A stretch of DNA of 62,295 bases from a virus (lineage: Duplodnaviria > Caudoviricetes): positions 1 through 62,295 of IMG/VR virus record IMGVR_UViG_3300042357_000538. One strand, given 5' to 3'. The translations under genes were made by a program, and so were the position numbers. Shown one piece after another: positions 34,556 through 43,426 of the stretch. The first letter of the stretch is position 1. The number at the start of each line of letters is the position of its first letter. The notes under the pieces were generated by a model. The model was not told where the DNA came from. It did no database searches and was given only the letters and a program-made list of their open reading frames with translations.

Positions 34556-34768
34556 ATGCCGACCATCATCACCCTGACCGTCACCGTCCACGACTCCATC
34601 CCCGAGGCCGCCGAGGCGCTGCATGTGCTGCCCGCGACCCTGCCCCAGGCCATCGCCGAGGAACTCCAGTCCGCGCTGGACTGGGAGACCGGCCTCCACG
34701 CCTCGGTCGAGGTCGCCTCGGTCACCGAGCTGCCCGAGGTCGCGACCGCCACCATCGTTGTGTCATAG
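34556..34768 (+). CDS. Small acidic protein, 70 aa
   Basis: AGGAGG RBS. Confidence 0.6.
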   Translation: MPTIITLTVTVHDSIPEAAEALHVLPATLPQAIAEELQSALDWETGLHASVEVASVTELPEVATATIVVS

Positions 34769-34842
34769 CCCCTTGCGGGGTATTGACACCGCGCACCACG
34801 CGCCCGTAGTATCCGGGGGTCGGGCTTGAGCCGCCCGACCCC
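34759..34842 (+). promoter_or_regulatory. Inverted TGTGTCATAG box, TTGACA-N18-TAGTAT promoter and GAGCC-loop hairpin
   Basis: Read directly. Confidence 0.7.
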
Positions 34843-34873
34843 TGGCTAACCCAGTACCCGGAGGAACCACCCC

Positions 34874-35179
34874 ATGTCCACCCTCAGCCCCGCCGACCTC
34901 ATCCTGCTGCGCGCCACGCGCGGCGACGTTATCACCACGGAGGACGCCGCCCTGGCGCTCTTCCCCGAGCTGGCCTTCACGTTCTACTGCACCGTGGCGG
35001 CCTCCGGCCGACTCGCGCTGTTCCAGAGCCGCGAGGACCGCAACGCGGAAGTGTTCGATGACGAGGTCGCCTTCACGCTCGAGCTGACACCCGAGCAGCG
35101 CGCGCGCCTCATCGAGTACGCCCGGCTGGCCCTCCTCACCCAGGCCTACCCCCGCACCGACGCGCAGGAGGTGGCGTGA
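34874..35179 (+). CDS. Hypothetical protein, 101 aa
   Basis: GGAGGAACC RBS. Confidence 0.7.
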   Translation: MSTLSPADLILLRATRGDVITTEDAALALFPELAFTFYCTVAASGRLALFQSREDRNAEVFDDEVAFTLELTPEQRARLIEYARLALLTQAYPRTDAQEVA

Positions 35180-35604
35180 TGACGGTCACCGTCGTGGAAA
35201 TCGCGCGGAAGAGCAGTTACTACGGTCCCACCTGGACCTGCGTCCCGACCATCGTGCGCGCGGAGACCCCGGAGGACCGCGCCGACCTGCGGACGGCCTA
35301 CGAGAGCTGGCTGAAGCGCACCGAACCCGACACCGAGGCCACCGTGTACCTCCGCGACTACGAGGTGGAGACCGTGGACGCGGTGGTGGCGCGGCTGGCC
35401 CCCACGGTCACCCTGCGCGTGACCCTGGAGGAGGTGGTGGAGCGCGTGGTGCAGGTCGAGGTGCCCGTCACCCACCCCCTGGCCACGGGCAGGGGTTACC
35501 TCCCCGTGCCCGACCTCGCCGAGGTGCTGGACAACGGCGTCACCCTGAGCCGCACCCCCTCATGCCATGTGCGCCCCCTGATCTCCGCCGTGGAGGCGGT
35601 CTGA
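35176..35604 (+). CDS. Hypothetical protein, 142 aa
   Basis: Coupled ORF. Confidence 0.65.
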   Translation: MMTVTVVEIARKSSYYGPTWTCVPTIVRAETPEDRADLRTAYESWLKRTEPDTEATVYLRDYEVETVDAVVARLAPTVTLRVTLEEVVERVVQVEVPVTHPLATGRGYLPVPDLAEVLDNGVTLSRTPSCHVRPLISAVEAV

Positions 35605-35801
35605 TGATCTGGGATCCGCGCTGGGACAGCCTGGACCCCGTGCGCTGCAGCGCGTGCGGGGAGGACGAGGCCCTGCGGGGGGACAGCCGGTGCGCCGACT
35701 GCCTCGCCCAGGCCCAGGCCGAGGAGGCCGAGGCCGCGCTGTGGGCCGAGTGGGACGACGCCCTCGCGGCCACCCCGACCGAGGCGGTGGCCCCCTGGTG
35801 A
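35604..35801 (+). CDS. Small zinc-finger protein (CSAC...CADC)
   Basis: TGATG coupling. Confidence 0.55.
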   Translation: MIWDPRWDSLDPVRCSACGEDEALRGDSRCADCLAQAQAEEAEAALWAEWDDALAATPTEAVAPW

Positions 35802-35932
35802 CGACCCTGCTTGCGCTGCTCCTGGGGCTGGTGCTCCTCGCGACACCGGCCCTGCTCATCCTGTCGTGGTTCTTCCGGGGGCTGACCGCCACGCCCCCAG
35901 CGCCGAGGAGGCCCCCGTGCGCCACACGCTGA
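35798..35932 (+). CDS. Small membrane protein, 44 aa
   Basis: GTGA coupling; Leu-rich TM segment. Confidence 0.5.
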   Translation: MTTLLALLLGLVLLATPALLILSWFFRGLTATPPAPRRPPCATR

Positions 35933-36249
35933 CGCCCGTGCCCGTGCTGACCGAGACTGCGCCCGACCGCTTCGCCTTCCGCTACCGCGATGTGGAAGGC
36001 TCCCTGCTCCCTCCGCACCTCGTCCTGCGCTGGGATGACGACGGCAGCACCTGGGTGGTGGAAGACGGCCAGGGCCGCCCCTTCCGGGGGACCGTGCGCC
36101 GCCTGCTCCTCGCCCACCTGCGCGAGGCCTTCGCGGCCGCCTTCTCGCCCCGTGTGCAGGCCAGCCTGGACCGGGCCATCGACAGCGCTGCCCTCGCCAC
36201 GCACCTCCTGCGCCGGGAAGACCTCGACGCCTTGGCGGTGCCCGCATGA
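35917..36249 (+). CDS. Hypothetical protein, about 110 aa
   Basis: GAGGAGG RBS before GTG. Confidence 0.6.
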   Translation: MRHTLTPVPVLTETAPDRFAFRYRDVEGSLLPPHLVLRWDDDGSTWVVEDGQGRPFRGTVRRLLLAHLREAFAAAFSPRVQASLDRAIDSAALATHLLRREDLDALAVPA

Positions 36250-36407
36250 CCGGGACCGTGGCCCCTCGGCCGCTGCCCCTCGACGACGAACTGCGCGGCG
36301 GCCCGACGGCCGCCGTGCCCGAGGCCACCCCCACGGCGCTGCTGCTGCTCGCCAGCCTCTGCGCCCTGGGACTCGCCCGCCGTGTGCGGGCCTGGAGGAC
36401 ACGATGA
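36246..36407 (+). CDS. 53-aa protein resembling an isolated PEP-CTERM sorting signal (not in the ORF track)
   Basis: ...AAVPEATPTALLLLASLCALGLARRVRAWRTR; ATGA overlaps at both ends. Confidence 0.55.
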   Translation: MTGTVAPRPLPLDDELRGGPTAAVPEATPTALLLLASLCALGLARRVRAWRTR

Positions 36408-36967
36408 GCACGACCACCACCACCCGCGAGTTCAGCCTGGAGGGGCGCGCCCTGGCCGACCTGCAGCAGCAACTCAGCGCCGCCCGCGTGGCCGCCTTCG
36501 AGGCCAAGAGTGTCGCCGACTTCTGGCAGGCCGTCATTGACCTCGGCCCAGTCCAGACCGCCCCGGCCGGTGCCGAGCGCACGCATCTGATGGATGCCTG
36601 CAAGGACAGTGCAGGGTGGGCGCCCTGTCTGTTCGACCTGACGCCACCTGAGGCATGGCAGCACTGGCGCAACATTGCGCACGACCAAGCGACGGAACTC
36701 ACCGCCGCCCGTGCGGAGGCGGCGGCGCTGAAGGCGGACCGTGACGAGTGGATGGCGTCGAGCGCCGGATACGGCAGCGACATGGTCGAGTGGAAGATCC
36801 GAGCGCAGCAAGCCGAAGCCACAGCAGCGCGGCTGCGGGAGGCACTTGAGATTTATGGATGGCATAGGCCGTCCTGCCGCCTCAGGGCACCCGGCATGGC
36901 AACCGACGGGAAGTGTGACTGTGGGTTGAGAGCCGCCCTCGCGGCGAAGGAGGGCGACCGTGGGTGA
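36404..36967 (+). CDS. Coiled-coil protein with a C-terminal H-x3-C...CDCG metal-binding motif
   Basis: GGAGG RBS; start MSTTTTT. Confidence 0.65.
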   Translation: MSTTTTTREFSLEGRALADLQQQLSAARVAAFEAKSVADFWQAVIDLGPVQTAPAGAERTHLMDACKDSAGWAPCLFDLTPPEAWQHWRNIAHDQATELTAARAEAAALKADRDEWMASSAGYGSDMVEWKIRAQQAEATAARLREALEIYGWHRPSCRLRAPGMATDGKCDCGLRAALAAKEGDRG

Positions 36968-37076
36968 GTGGGCACTGTGGATGCTGATAGGGGCGCTATT
37001 CGCGCTGGCGGTCGTGTGTGCGGGGTACCTCTACGCCACCCGCCCAACCGTTCCATGCAAGGGGCGCAGTCTGTGA
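36960..37076 (+). CDS. 38-aa membrane peptide
   Basis: AAGGAGG RBS with GTG; MGEWALWMLIGALFALAVVCAGYLY. Confidence 0.5.
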   Translation: MGEWALWMLIGALFALAVVCAGYLYATRPTVPCKGRSL

Positions 37077-37088
37077 AGGAGGCCGACC

Positions 37089-37280
37089 GTGGGTGAGTGG
37101 CGACCGATTGAGACTGAGATGCCAAAGGGACAGGACACCTTGGTGGTGTTCTCTGACGGCTCCATGCAGGTGGCTGAGTGGGACGCGGGCTGCGACGACC
37201 ATTTGATGGCGTTCGGTGATGGGCTCCCCACCCACTGGATGCCCCTCCCCGCCCCACCGAAGGAGGCCGACCGTGGGTAA
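37089..37280 (+). CDS. DUF551-family protein
   Basis: WRPIET...PTHWMPLPAPP. Confidence 0.8.
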   Translation: MGEWRPIETEMPKGQDTLVVFSDGSMQVAEWDAGCDDHLMAFGDGLPTHWMPLPAPPKEADRG

Positions 37281-37428
37281 CTACGTGACCGACCTCCAGT
37301 GGTGGACCGCCACGACGACGTACACGCACACGCCGCCGACCTGGGTTGACCTGTACCGGCGCATTCCAGCCGATGGGCCGCTGGGCCTGACCCGGCTGCG
37401 ATACGAGGAGGCCAACCGTGGCGAGTGA
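37273..37428 (+). CDS. Small hypothetical protein
   Basis: AAGGAGG RBS with GTG. Confidence 0.5.
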   Translation: MGNYVTDLQWWTATTTYTHTPPTWVDLYRRIPADGPLGLTRLRYEEANRGE

Positions 37429-37672
37429 GCCGGTGACGCCAGTGGAGATTGCCGCCGAGTTCGAGGTCACACGCGGCCGCGTGCTGGGCCTCGTGGAGCA
37501 GATGGCAGTGTGCCGCGCCCTCATCGCCGTCACCGCCGAGCGGGACCGGCTGCGGGCTGTCATCGGAGAGGCGACCGCCAACCTACAGACCGAGGGCTGG
37601 ATGAAGCACACGCCAGCCATTCGGGCCACGCTGGACCTCTGCGACGCCGCCCTCGCGGCAAAGGAGGCGTGA
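37418..37672 (+). CDS. Hypothetical protein, 84 aa
   Basis: Shares MASEP and AVTAERDRL with 37826..38347. Confidence 0.6.
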   Translation: MASEPVTPVEIAAEFEVTRGRVLGLVEQMAVCRALIAVTAERDRLRAVIGEATANLQTEGWMKHTPAIRATLDLCDAALAAKEA

Positions 37673-37836
37673 TGACGTTGTCTTTGGTGGTGGTAATCGC
37701 ATTCGTGGCGGGGCTACTCACGCTGCCCGTCTACCTCGCCGTGGACGAGTGGGCCGCAGATCGGCGGCAGGCGCGGTGGAACCGAGAAGAGCAGGCCCGT
37801 TGGAAGGCCAGGCAGGAGGCCAACCGTGGCGAGTGA
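37672..37836 (+). CDS. Small membrane protein
   Basis: MTLSLVVVIAFVAGLLTLPVYL; AAGGAGG RBS. Confidence 0.5.
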   Translation: MTLSLVVVIAFVAGLLTLPVYLAVDEWAADRRQARWNREEQARWKARQEANRGE

Positions 37837-38347
37837 GCCGATAACGCAGGAGCAGCGCAGGGAGTGGCGGGCCTTAGCCGAACAGGCCCACGAAGGGACG
37901 AAGCGTCAGCCGTGGGTGGCGGTGGACTGTCCGTATGAAGGACGGTGGATTCGCGCAGAGTTTCCCGACTACGGGGATGTGCGGGTGGCCCGAAACGTCC
38001 ACACTAGCGCACACCGCTACATCGCCCACAGTAGCCCCGACCGCGTGCTGGCGCTGCTCGCCGCCTACGACGCCGTCACCGCCGAGCGGGACCGGCTGCT
38101 GGTGACAGTGGAGCGACAGGGCAACGCAAACGAGGGGCTGGGCGCACGGATACGTGAACTGCGGGCCGCGCTGGCACAGGCCGAGCGTGACCTGTCGTGG
38201 ACGGAGCCGCAGCGCCCCCGAGTCAAGAAGGCCCGCGCGGACATGAAGGCCGCGCTGTGGAGAGACGACCATCCCGGCCACACCCACCCCCGCCCCTGCA
38301 GCATCTGCCGCAGGGAGGACTGTACGGTGCTGCATGCGTGCGAGTAG
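37826..38347 (+). CDS. Ead/Ea22-like protein
   Basis: PW...AHRYIAHSSPDRVLALLAAYD followed by a coiled coil. Confidence 0.6.
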   Translation: MASEPITQEQRREWRALAEQAHEGTKRQPWVAVDCPYEGRWIRAEFPDYGDVRVARNVHTSAHRYIAHSSPDRVLALLAAYDAVTAERDRLLVTVERQGNANEGLGARIRELRAALAQAERDLSWTEPQRPRVKKARADMKAALWRDDHPGHTHPRPCSICRREDCTVLHACE

Positions 38348-38620
38348 CCGCATTGATGTGCGGGCCATTTTGCGCGACCCGTGCCTACGCCGCGCGTTGA
38401 TGGTCCCGGTCATCCAGGCCACGCAGGCCCGCGAAGGCATCACGACGACGAGGGAACAGGCCGAGCGCGCGTATGACCGAGTGCAGGTGGAGGCCCGGCG
38501 TGGGAATGAGTAGCCGCATCTGCCCCAACTGCGGGGCCGAGGGCGACCATCCCTGCACGACCGGGGGGTACGTGCTGTGGGTGAGCTACACCTGGTGGGC
38601 AGCGCGGCGAGGAGGAGCCA

Positions 38621-38869
38621 GTGAAGCGATTCAGCGGGACGGCGAAGGACCTGGCGCGGTTGATGCGGGCCAGGGGGTACATCCTGGTGCGGGCCAACCG
38701 GCACTGCGTCTGGGAGCACCCGACGAGCGGGGCGCGCGTGACGACGGCCGTGAGCCCGAGTGACCGACGCGCCCTGGACAACGCGCGGACCAGCATCCGC
38801 AAGGCGGAGCGGGAAGCGGGGGCCCGCGCAACGCAGCCGGAGGAACCACCCAACCACCTGCGCCGCTGA
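38621..38869 (+). CDS. HicA-like (dsRBD-fold) protein
   Basis: KDLARLMRARGYILVRANRHCVWEHPTSGARVTTAVSPSD. Confidence 0.6.
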   Translation: MKRFSGTAKDLARLMRARGYILVRANRHCVWEHPTSGARVTTAVSPSDRRALDNARTSIRKAEREAGARATQPEEPPNHLRR

Positions 38870-38956
38870 GCCCCCTGGCGCGGGCGGGGTGAGCGCCCCG
38901 GTCCCACGCTCCGAGTACGGTAGCAGCACCCCCCGCCCGTATGTCAAACGTGGGGC

Positions 38957-38986
38957 TTGACCCAGGGGTAGGCCAAGGGGTAGGGT
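38957..38986 (+). promoter_or_regulatory. sigma70-type promoter TTGACC-N18-TAGGGT
   Basis: Read directly; back-to-back with a minus-strand TTGACA at 38942-38947. Confidence 0.5.
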
Positions 38987-39071
38987 AGCAGGGCGAGGTG
39001 CGGCAGACGTGTTCGGTTCACCTCAGCCATTCGTTATGAGGAGTAGTACTACCTACTTCGTGGAGGCGTGA

Positions 39072-39305
39072 ATGCCGCAGATGCAGCAGGCGCGGGAGGC
39101 GCTGGCGCTGTTGGAGACCACCCTCGATCTGTACGAGGGCGAACGGCTGGAGCTCGAAGAGCTTCGGAACATCGTGTACGACCTGCGGGCGGTGCTGAGC
39201 GTCACCGCCGAGGTCCCGGATACGCAGCTCCCTGACCTGGTGTGGGAGCGCATCAACGGAGGAACCACCCATGGCCAAGCCCGAGAAGAAGCCGACGTTG
39301 CCTGA
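39072..39305 (+). CDS. Hypothetical protein, 77 aa
   Basis: GGAGG RBS. Confidence 0.55.
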   Translation: MPQMQQAREALALLETTLDLYEGERLELEELRNIVYDLRAVLSVTAEVPDTQLPDLVWERINGGTTHGQAREEADVA

Positions 39306-39549
39306 CCTCGTGGAGATCAACACGAGCGGTTTCGTGGCGGAGCAGTCGCGCACGTTCGTCCCGCCGGCGGAGCCGGCACCCCCCACCCCCACCCTCGCCC
39401 TCGTCCGCAAGGACGCCGAGCAATTCGAGCGCCTCATCGCCACGCTGGAGAAGCTGGGCAAGGCGATGCTCGCCTCCGCCATGGTCGGCCCGCACAAGAC
39501 CGGCCCCGGGATCAAGAGCGACGTCGCGAAGTTCTGGGAGGTGCTCTGA
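39271..39549 (+). CDS. Hypothetical protein, 92 aa
   Basis: GGAGGAACC RBS. Confidence 0.65.
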   Translation: MAKPEKKPTLPDLVEINTSGFVAEQSRTFVPPAEPAPPTPTLALVRKDAEQFERLIATLEKLGKAMLASAMVGPHKTGPGIKSDVAKFWEVL

Positions 39550-40802
39550 TGGAGGGGCTGCGCGAGTACGCACCGGACCAGCACACCGACCCCCTCCGCG
39601 ACACGCCCTCCTTCGGCACCGCCTGGGTGGCCGAGGACGAGGCCCTGTTCGGGGAGGTGGCGGACGAGTACGGCACCGCCGACTTCGAGACCTACCAGGA
39701 CCCTCAGCCCATCCGGGTGTCCCGGTCGGCCATCGCCGACCGCCAGCTCTGCGAGCAGCGCCGGTTCTGGGGCTACCACGCCGGCGGCACGGGCTACGCC
39801 CCGGCGGTGGAGCCGACCTCCCTGGCGATCGGCAACCAGGTCCACACCTGGATGGCGCGCGTCTTCGCCCTGGCCTACGTCGCCGGTGACGAGCCGACCG
39901 TGGTCGGCTCGATCCCCGCCCACCTCCAGGAGGAGGCGCAGGCCGCCGAGGAAGCGCTCGGCAGCCTCAGTGAGGAGGGGCTGCTGGCCTTCGCCCTGGC
40001 CTACGGCTGGACGCGCCACCGCCTCGCGGCCGTGCTGGAGGAGTACCACGTCGTGGCCGCGGAAGAAGAGTGGGCCTTCGCCCCGGCGGGGGATCTCGAG
40101 ATCCCGCAGCGCATGGATGTGATCCTGCGCCGGCGCGCCGACGAGCTGCTCGTCTCGATGGACTTCAAGACCGTGACCAGCCCGAGCCCCGACTGGGCCC
40201 AGAAGTTCTTCTACGACCTCCAGACCCTGCTCTACACCGAGGCCCTGGAGAAGGTGTGCGGGGAGACGGGCGGCATCCAGTACGAGGGCATGGTCAAGGG
40301 CAAGAAGTCGGTGCTGAAGACCGGCGCCTTCGCGGGGGAGACGGCCTACGGGTCCATCCTCGTCAGCCCGTATGCGGACCCGAAGCTGGAGTTCGCGGAC
40401 GGCGTGGGCCTGACTCCCGTCTACCGCCAGGGCCTGACGCGCCACAAGTTGCAGACCGTGGCACAAGTGGTGGCCTGGGTCGAGTACCTCGCCGCCGCCT
40501 ACCCGGACAAGCTGGCCGACCAGTTCCCCGTGTTCCCCGTGTTCCTCCCGAGCACGGCGCTCCGCGCCGAGGTGCTTGGGCCTGTGCTCGACGCCGAGCG
40601 CGCGTTCGCGGGCAAGGTGGCGGCCGGGCAGACCCGCTACGAGCAGAGCACCGGCGCGTGCCTGAAGTTCGGCAGCGACCACCCCTGCCCCTTCATCAGC
40701 CTGTGCTGGGAGGGCGGCGGTGCGGATCCCCTGGGCACGGGCCTGTTCGTCCCGCGCCAGGACCACCACGCGGATGTGGACTACCACGAGGAGGAAGCAT
40801 AG
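39549..40802 (+). CDS. PD-(D/E)XK exonuclease, Cas4/RecB/AddB-like with Fe-S cysteines
   Basis: SRSAI...CEQR, GNQVH, RMDVIL, DFKT, QTLLY, C...CPFISLC. Confidence 0.8.
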   Translation: MEGLREYAPDQHTDPLRDTPSFGTAWVAEDEALFGEVADEYGTADFETYQDPQPIRVSRSAIADRQLCEQRRFWGYHAGGTGYAPAVEPTSLAIGNQVHTWMARVFALAYVAGDEPTVVGSIPAHLQEEAQAAEEALGSLSEEGLLAFALAYGWTRHRLAAVLEEYHVVAAEEEWAFAPAGDLEIPQRMDVILRRRADELLVSMDFKTVTSPSPDWAQKFFYDLQTLLYTEALEKVCGETGGIQYEGMVKGKKSVLKTGAFAGETAYGSILVSPYADPKLEFADGVGLTPVYRQGLTRHKLQTVAQVVAWVEYLAAAYPDKLADQFPVFPVFLPSTALRAEVLGPVLDAERAFAGKVAAGQTRYEQSTGACLKFGSDHPCPFISLCWEGGGADPLGTGLFVPRQDHHADVDYHEEEA

Positions 40803-40806
40803 CCCC

Positions 40807-40836
40807 TTGACAGGGGCGTAGCCCCTGGGCTAGGAT
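40807..40836 (+). promoter_or_regulatory. sigma70-type promoter TTGACA-N18-TAGGAT
   Basis: Read directly. Confidence 0.7.
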
Positions 40837-40941
40837 CCCAGATCGACGGGCGGGTGTGGGTGGGGTGAGCGACCCACCCCCCGCCTGAGTTGGTTGACTG
40901 TTCGTTGACCGTTGCTTGAGCGCAACCCGGAGGAACCACGC

Positions 40942-41157
40942 ATGAATATCAGCGCACGTACCACCCCACCGCCCTACACCCCGACCCGCATCTCCCTCGC
41001 GCCGGGCGTCACGGTGCCCCACGACGACATCCTCTTCGTGTTCCGCGCCTGCTCCCGGCCGGGCAAGCTGAGCCCCACCGAGTGGAACCGCTACTGGGAC
41101 ATCATCGACCAGTACCGCCAGGCCGTGGACACCACCCCCCTCCAGGAGGTGGTGTAA
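40942..41157 (+). CDS. Hypothetical protein, 71 aa
   Basis: GGAGGAACC RBS. Confidence 0.65.
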   Translation: MNISARTTPPPYTPTRISLAPGVTVPHDDILFVFRACSRPGKLSPTEWNRYWDIIDQYRQAVDTTPLQEVV

Positions 41158-42185
41158 TGCACATCGCCAAGACCAAGGCCGCCCGCGTGGACGGCATCTA
41201 CGGCCCCCCGGGGTCGGGCAAGAGCACCTACCTCCTGACCCTGGCGGCCGAGCTCTACAAGGCGACCAAGCTGCACACCCGCGTGTTCGTGGGGGACGGC
41301 AGCGCCGCCACCTACCTCGACTCGGGCCTGGTCGATGCCGGCGTGATCCACCTGATGGACTACTCCGTGCGACCCTACCCCCTCACCGTCACGCAGCAGA
41401 TCGCGGACGGCTGGTGGCCGGTGGATGATGCCGACCCCCTGTCCCCGCTCAAGCCCCTCGCGCCGGAGGCGCGCGCGAAGACCGGCATGTGGATCTTCGA
41501 GGGCCTCTCCGTGATGGGCCTCTACATCATGGGCAACCGTGAGGGCGGCCTCGCCAACCAGGCGGGGAAGGGCATCAAGATCGGGCAGGACTCGCCCTTC
41601 ATGGTGATGGACGCCGAGATCGACCCCACCACCGGGCGCTACAAGCCGAACACCGGCACGGGGCAGAAGTTCGGCGGCAACGCCATGGCCCACTACGGCA
41701 TGGCCCAGACCCAGATGCTCGACCGCATCGAGCGCAGCAAGGCGCTGCCGGGCTGGGTGTGGTGGACGGGGCACGAGGTCAGCGCCGAGGACGGGACCAC
41801 GGGCGAGAAGCTCATCGGCCCCGAGATGGCCGGCCGTGCCAAGAGCGTGAACCTGCCCCGCATCTTCGGCCACATGCTGCACGCCACCACGGCGCTGCAG
41901 GCGGGCGGCAAGACCAAGGTGAAGGACGGCTACACCCAGGCCGAGGTGAAGCAGGCGGGGATGGAGTACCGCCTGTACACGCGGGACCACTTCGACCCCG
42001 ATGGGCTGACCGGCGCCCGGTACAAGGCCTGCGCCCGCACGCCGGCGGTGGCCGACGCCGTCCGCGAGTACTACGTGGACCCCGTCCCAGGCAAGGCGAT
42101 CCTCCAGTTCTTCGCCGACCTCGAGACGGCGAAGCTCCGCTACGCCAAGGAGATCCTCGGCGAGGCCAGCGCGGAGGTCGCGTGA
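41157..42185 (+). CDS. Sak4-like / AAA_24 P-loop ATPase (recombinase)
   Basis: IYGPPGSGKST, WIFEGLS, WTGHE, IGPEMAG; near the nuclease and SSB-like genes. Confidence 0.7.
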   Translation: MHIAKTKAARVDGIYGPPGSGKSTYLLTLAAELYKATKLHTRVFVGDGSAATYLDSGLVDAGVIHLMDYSVRPYPLTVTQQIADGWWPVDDADPLSPLKPLAPEARAKTGMWIFEGLSVMGLYIMGNREGGLANQAGKGIKIGQDSPFMVMDAEIDPTTGRYKPNTGTGQKFGGNAMAHYGMAQTQMLDRIERSKALPGWVWWTGHEVSAEDGTTGEKLIGPEMAGRAKSVNLPRIFGHMLHATTALQAGGKTKVKDGYTQAEVKQAGMEYRLYTRDHFDPDGLTGARYKACARTPAVADAVREYYVDPVPGKAILQFFADLETAKLRYAKEILGEASAEVA

Positions 42186-42376
42186 TGCTCCTCGACTGGC
42201 TGGGGTACGTCGCCTTCGGCCTGGGGATGGGCCTGCTTGGGTACGGGCTGGCCCATCGCCCGGTGCGCCGCCACCAGCACGTCTGGTCGCGCTGGCAGCG
42301 TGACACGGCCACCGCGCTGCACCAGCGCAGGAGCTGCGAGTCGTGCGGGTGGACCGAGATGCGGGGGATGCTGTGA
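42185..42376 (+). CDS. Small membrane protein with H-x-H-x-W...CESCG
   Basis: Coupled ORF. Confidence 0.55.
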   Translation: MLLDWLGYVAFGLGMGLLGYGLAHRPVRRHQHVWSRWQRDTATALHQRRSCESCGWTEMRGML

Positions 42377-42726
42377 TGCTCGACTACATCCTGGGCGCGG
42401 ACAAGCGGCCCGTGCGGTTGTACCCGGGCCCGTCCGCCCACGCAGAGCTGGCGGCGCTCCGGAGTGCGATCAAGGACGCGCAGCGCACGGTGGCGGTGAC
42501 CGAGGTGGCCGAGGGGGTCAGGGTCCTCACGGAGTTCCTCTTCCTGGACTACCAGTGGGGGCAGCGGACGCCCGAGTTCTTCGAGACCCGCGTGATCGGC
42601 GGGCCCCTCGACGAGGAGCAGCGCCGCTACGCCACCTACGACGAGGCCCTGGCTGGCCACGCGCGCATGGCGCACCTGGTGAGGGCGGCACTGTGGGCCG
42701 CCTTCGCTGAGGTGGAGGTGGCATGA
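42376..42726 (+). CDS. Conserved phage hypothetical protein
   Basis: FETRVIGGPLD..QRRYATYDEALAGH. Confidence 0.7.
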   Translation: MLDYILGADKRPVRLYPGPSAHAELAALRSAIKDAQRTVAVTEVAEGVRVLTEFLFLDYQWGQRTPEFFETRVIGGPLDEEQRRYATYDEALAGHARMAHLVRAALWAAFAEVEVA

Positions 42727-43064
42727 GGCGCACGCGGGCCGACGCCGGCACGTCCCGGCCGCGCTCGGAGGGGCGCTGCCGGAGCTGCGGGGCGTACAGC
42801 GACACGGTGAGTATCCAGGGGTTCTGCACCGAGGACTGTGCGAGGACGGGGAAGGACCTGATGCCGGAGGAGATCGAGGCCCGGCTGGCGATGCGCGCCG
42901 CGTTGCGCCGCGCGGGCCTCCTCCCCCGGCTGACCCTGGACGAGGCGGTCATCCACGGGCGCACCGCGCCCGTGGTGGCCAAGATCCACGGGATGAAGAC
43001 CCAGTGGCAGGGACGGGCGACCATCGCCGCCGCGGCGGTGGACTACAAGCGGGGGCAGGTATGA
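42723..43064 (+). CDS. Arg-rich zinc-finger protein (CRSCG...CTEDC)
   Basis: ATGA coupling; GGAGG RBS. Confidence 0.6.
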   Translation: MRRTRADAGTSRPRSEGRCRSCGAYSDTVSIQGFCTEDCARTGKDLMPEEIEARLAMRAALRRAGLLPRLTLDEAVIHGRTAPVVAKIHGMKTQWQGRATIAAAAVDYKRGQV

Positions 43065-43426
43065 AGGCCAAGATCGTCTACGTCGAGTTCAGCGAGGACA
43101 GCTATTCGTCCCCGCATGTGGTGGACGGCATCGACTGGGAAGAGATGGCGGCGGATGATGTGCGCCTCCTGGCCCGCAACATCCGCGAGTTGCCGGATTG
43201 GAATGGGCTGACGGCCAAACTGGTCGTGCAGTCCGAGGTGCCGCTCAAGCCCACCCTATCCCAGGTCGTAGCGCTCCTGAAGGAGCGCGAGCGCGCCAAG
43301 GCCGAGAAGCAGGCCGAGGCCGAGCGCCGGCGGAGCGCCAAGGCCAGGGTCAAGGCGGCCAAGGACCTGGAGGCCAAGAAGCGGCTGCTGGCGCAACTGC
43401 AGGAAGAGCTGGGGGCGCAGGCATGA
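43061..43426 (+). CDS. Hypothetical protein with a basic coiled coil
   Basis: Start MKAKIVY; ATGA coupling. Confidence 0.65.
   Translation: MKAKIVYVEFSEDSYSSPHVVDGIDWEEMAADDVRLLARNIRELPDWNGLTAKLVVQSEVPLKPTLSQVVALLKERERAKAEKQAEAERRRSAKARVKAAKDLEAKKRLLAQLQEELGAQA

Noticed and set aside
39549-40802. CRISPR system suggested by the Cas4-like nuclease
   Set aside because: No repeat-spacer array or other cas genes seen; solo Cas4-like nucleases are common in phages
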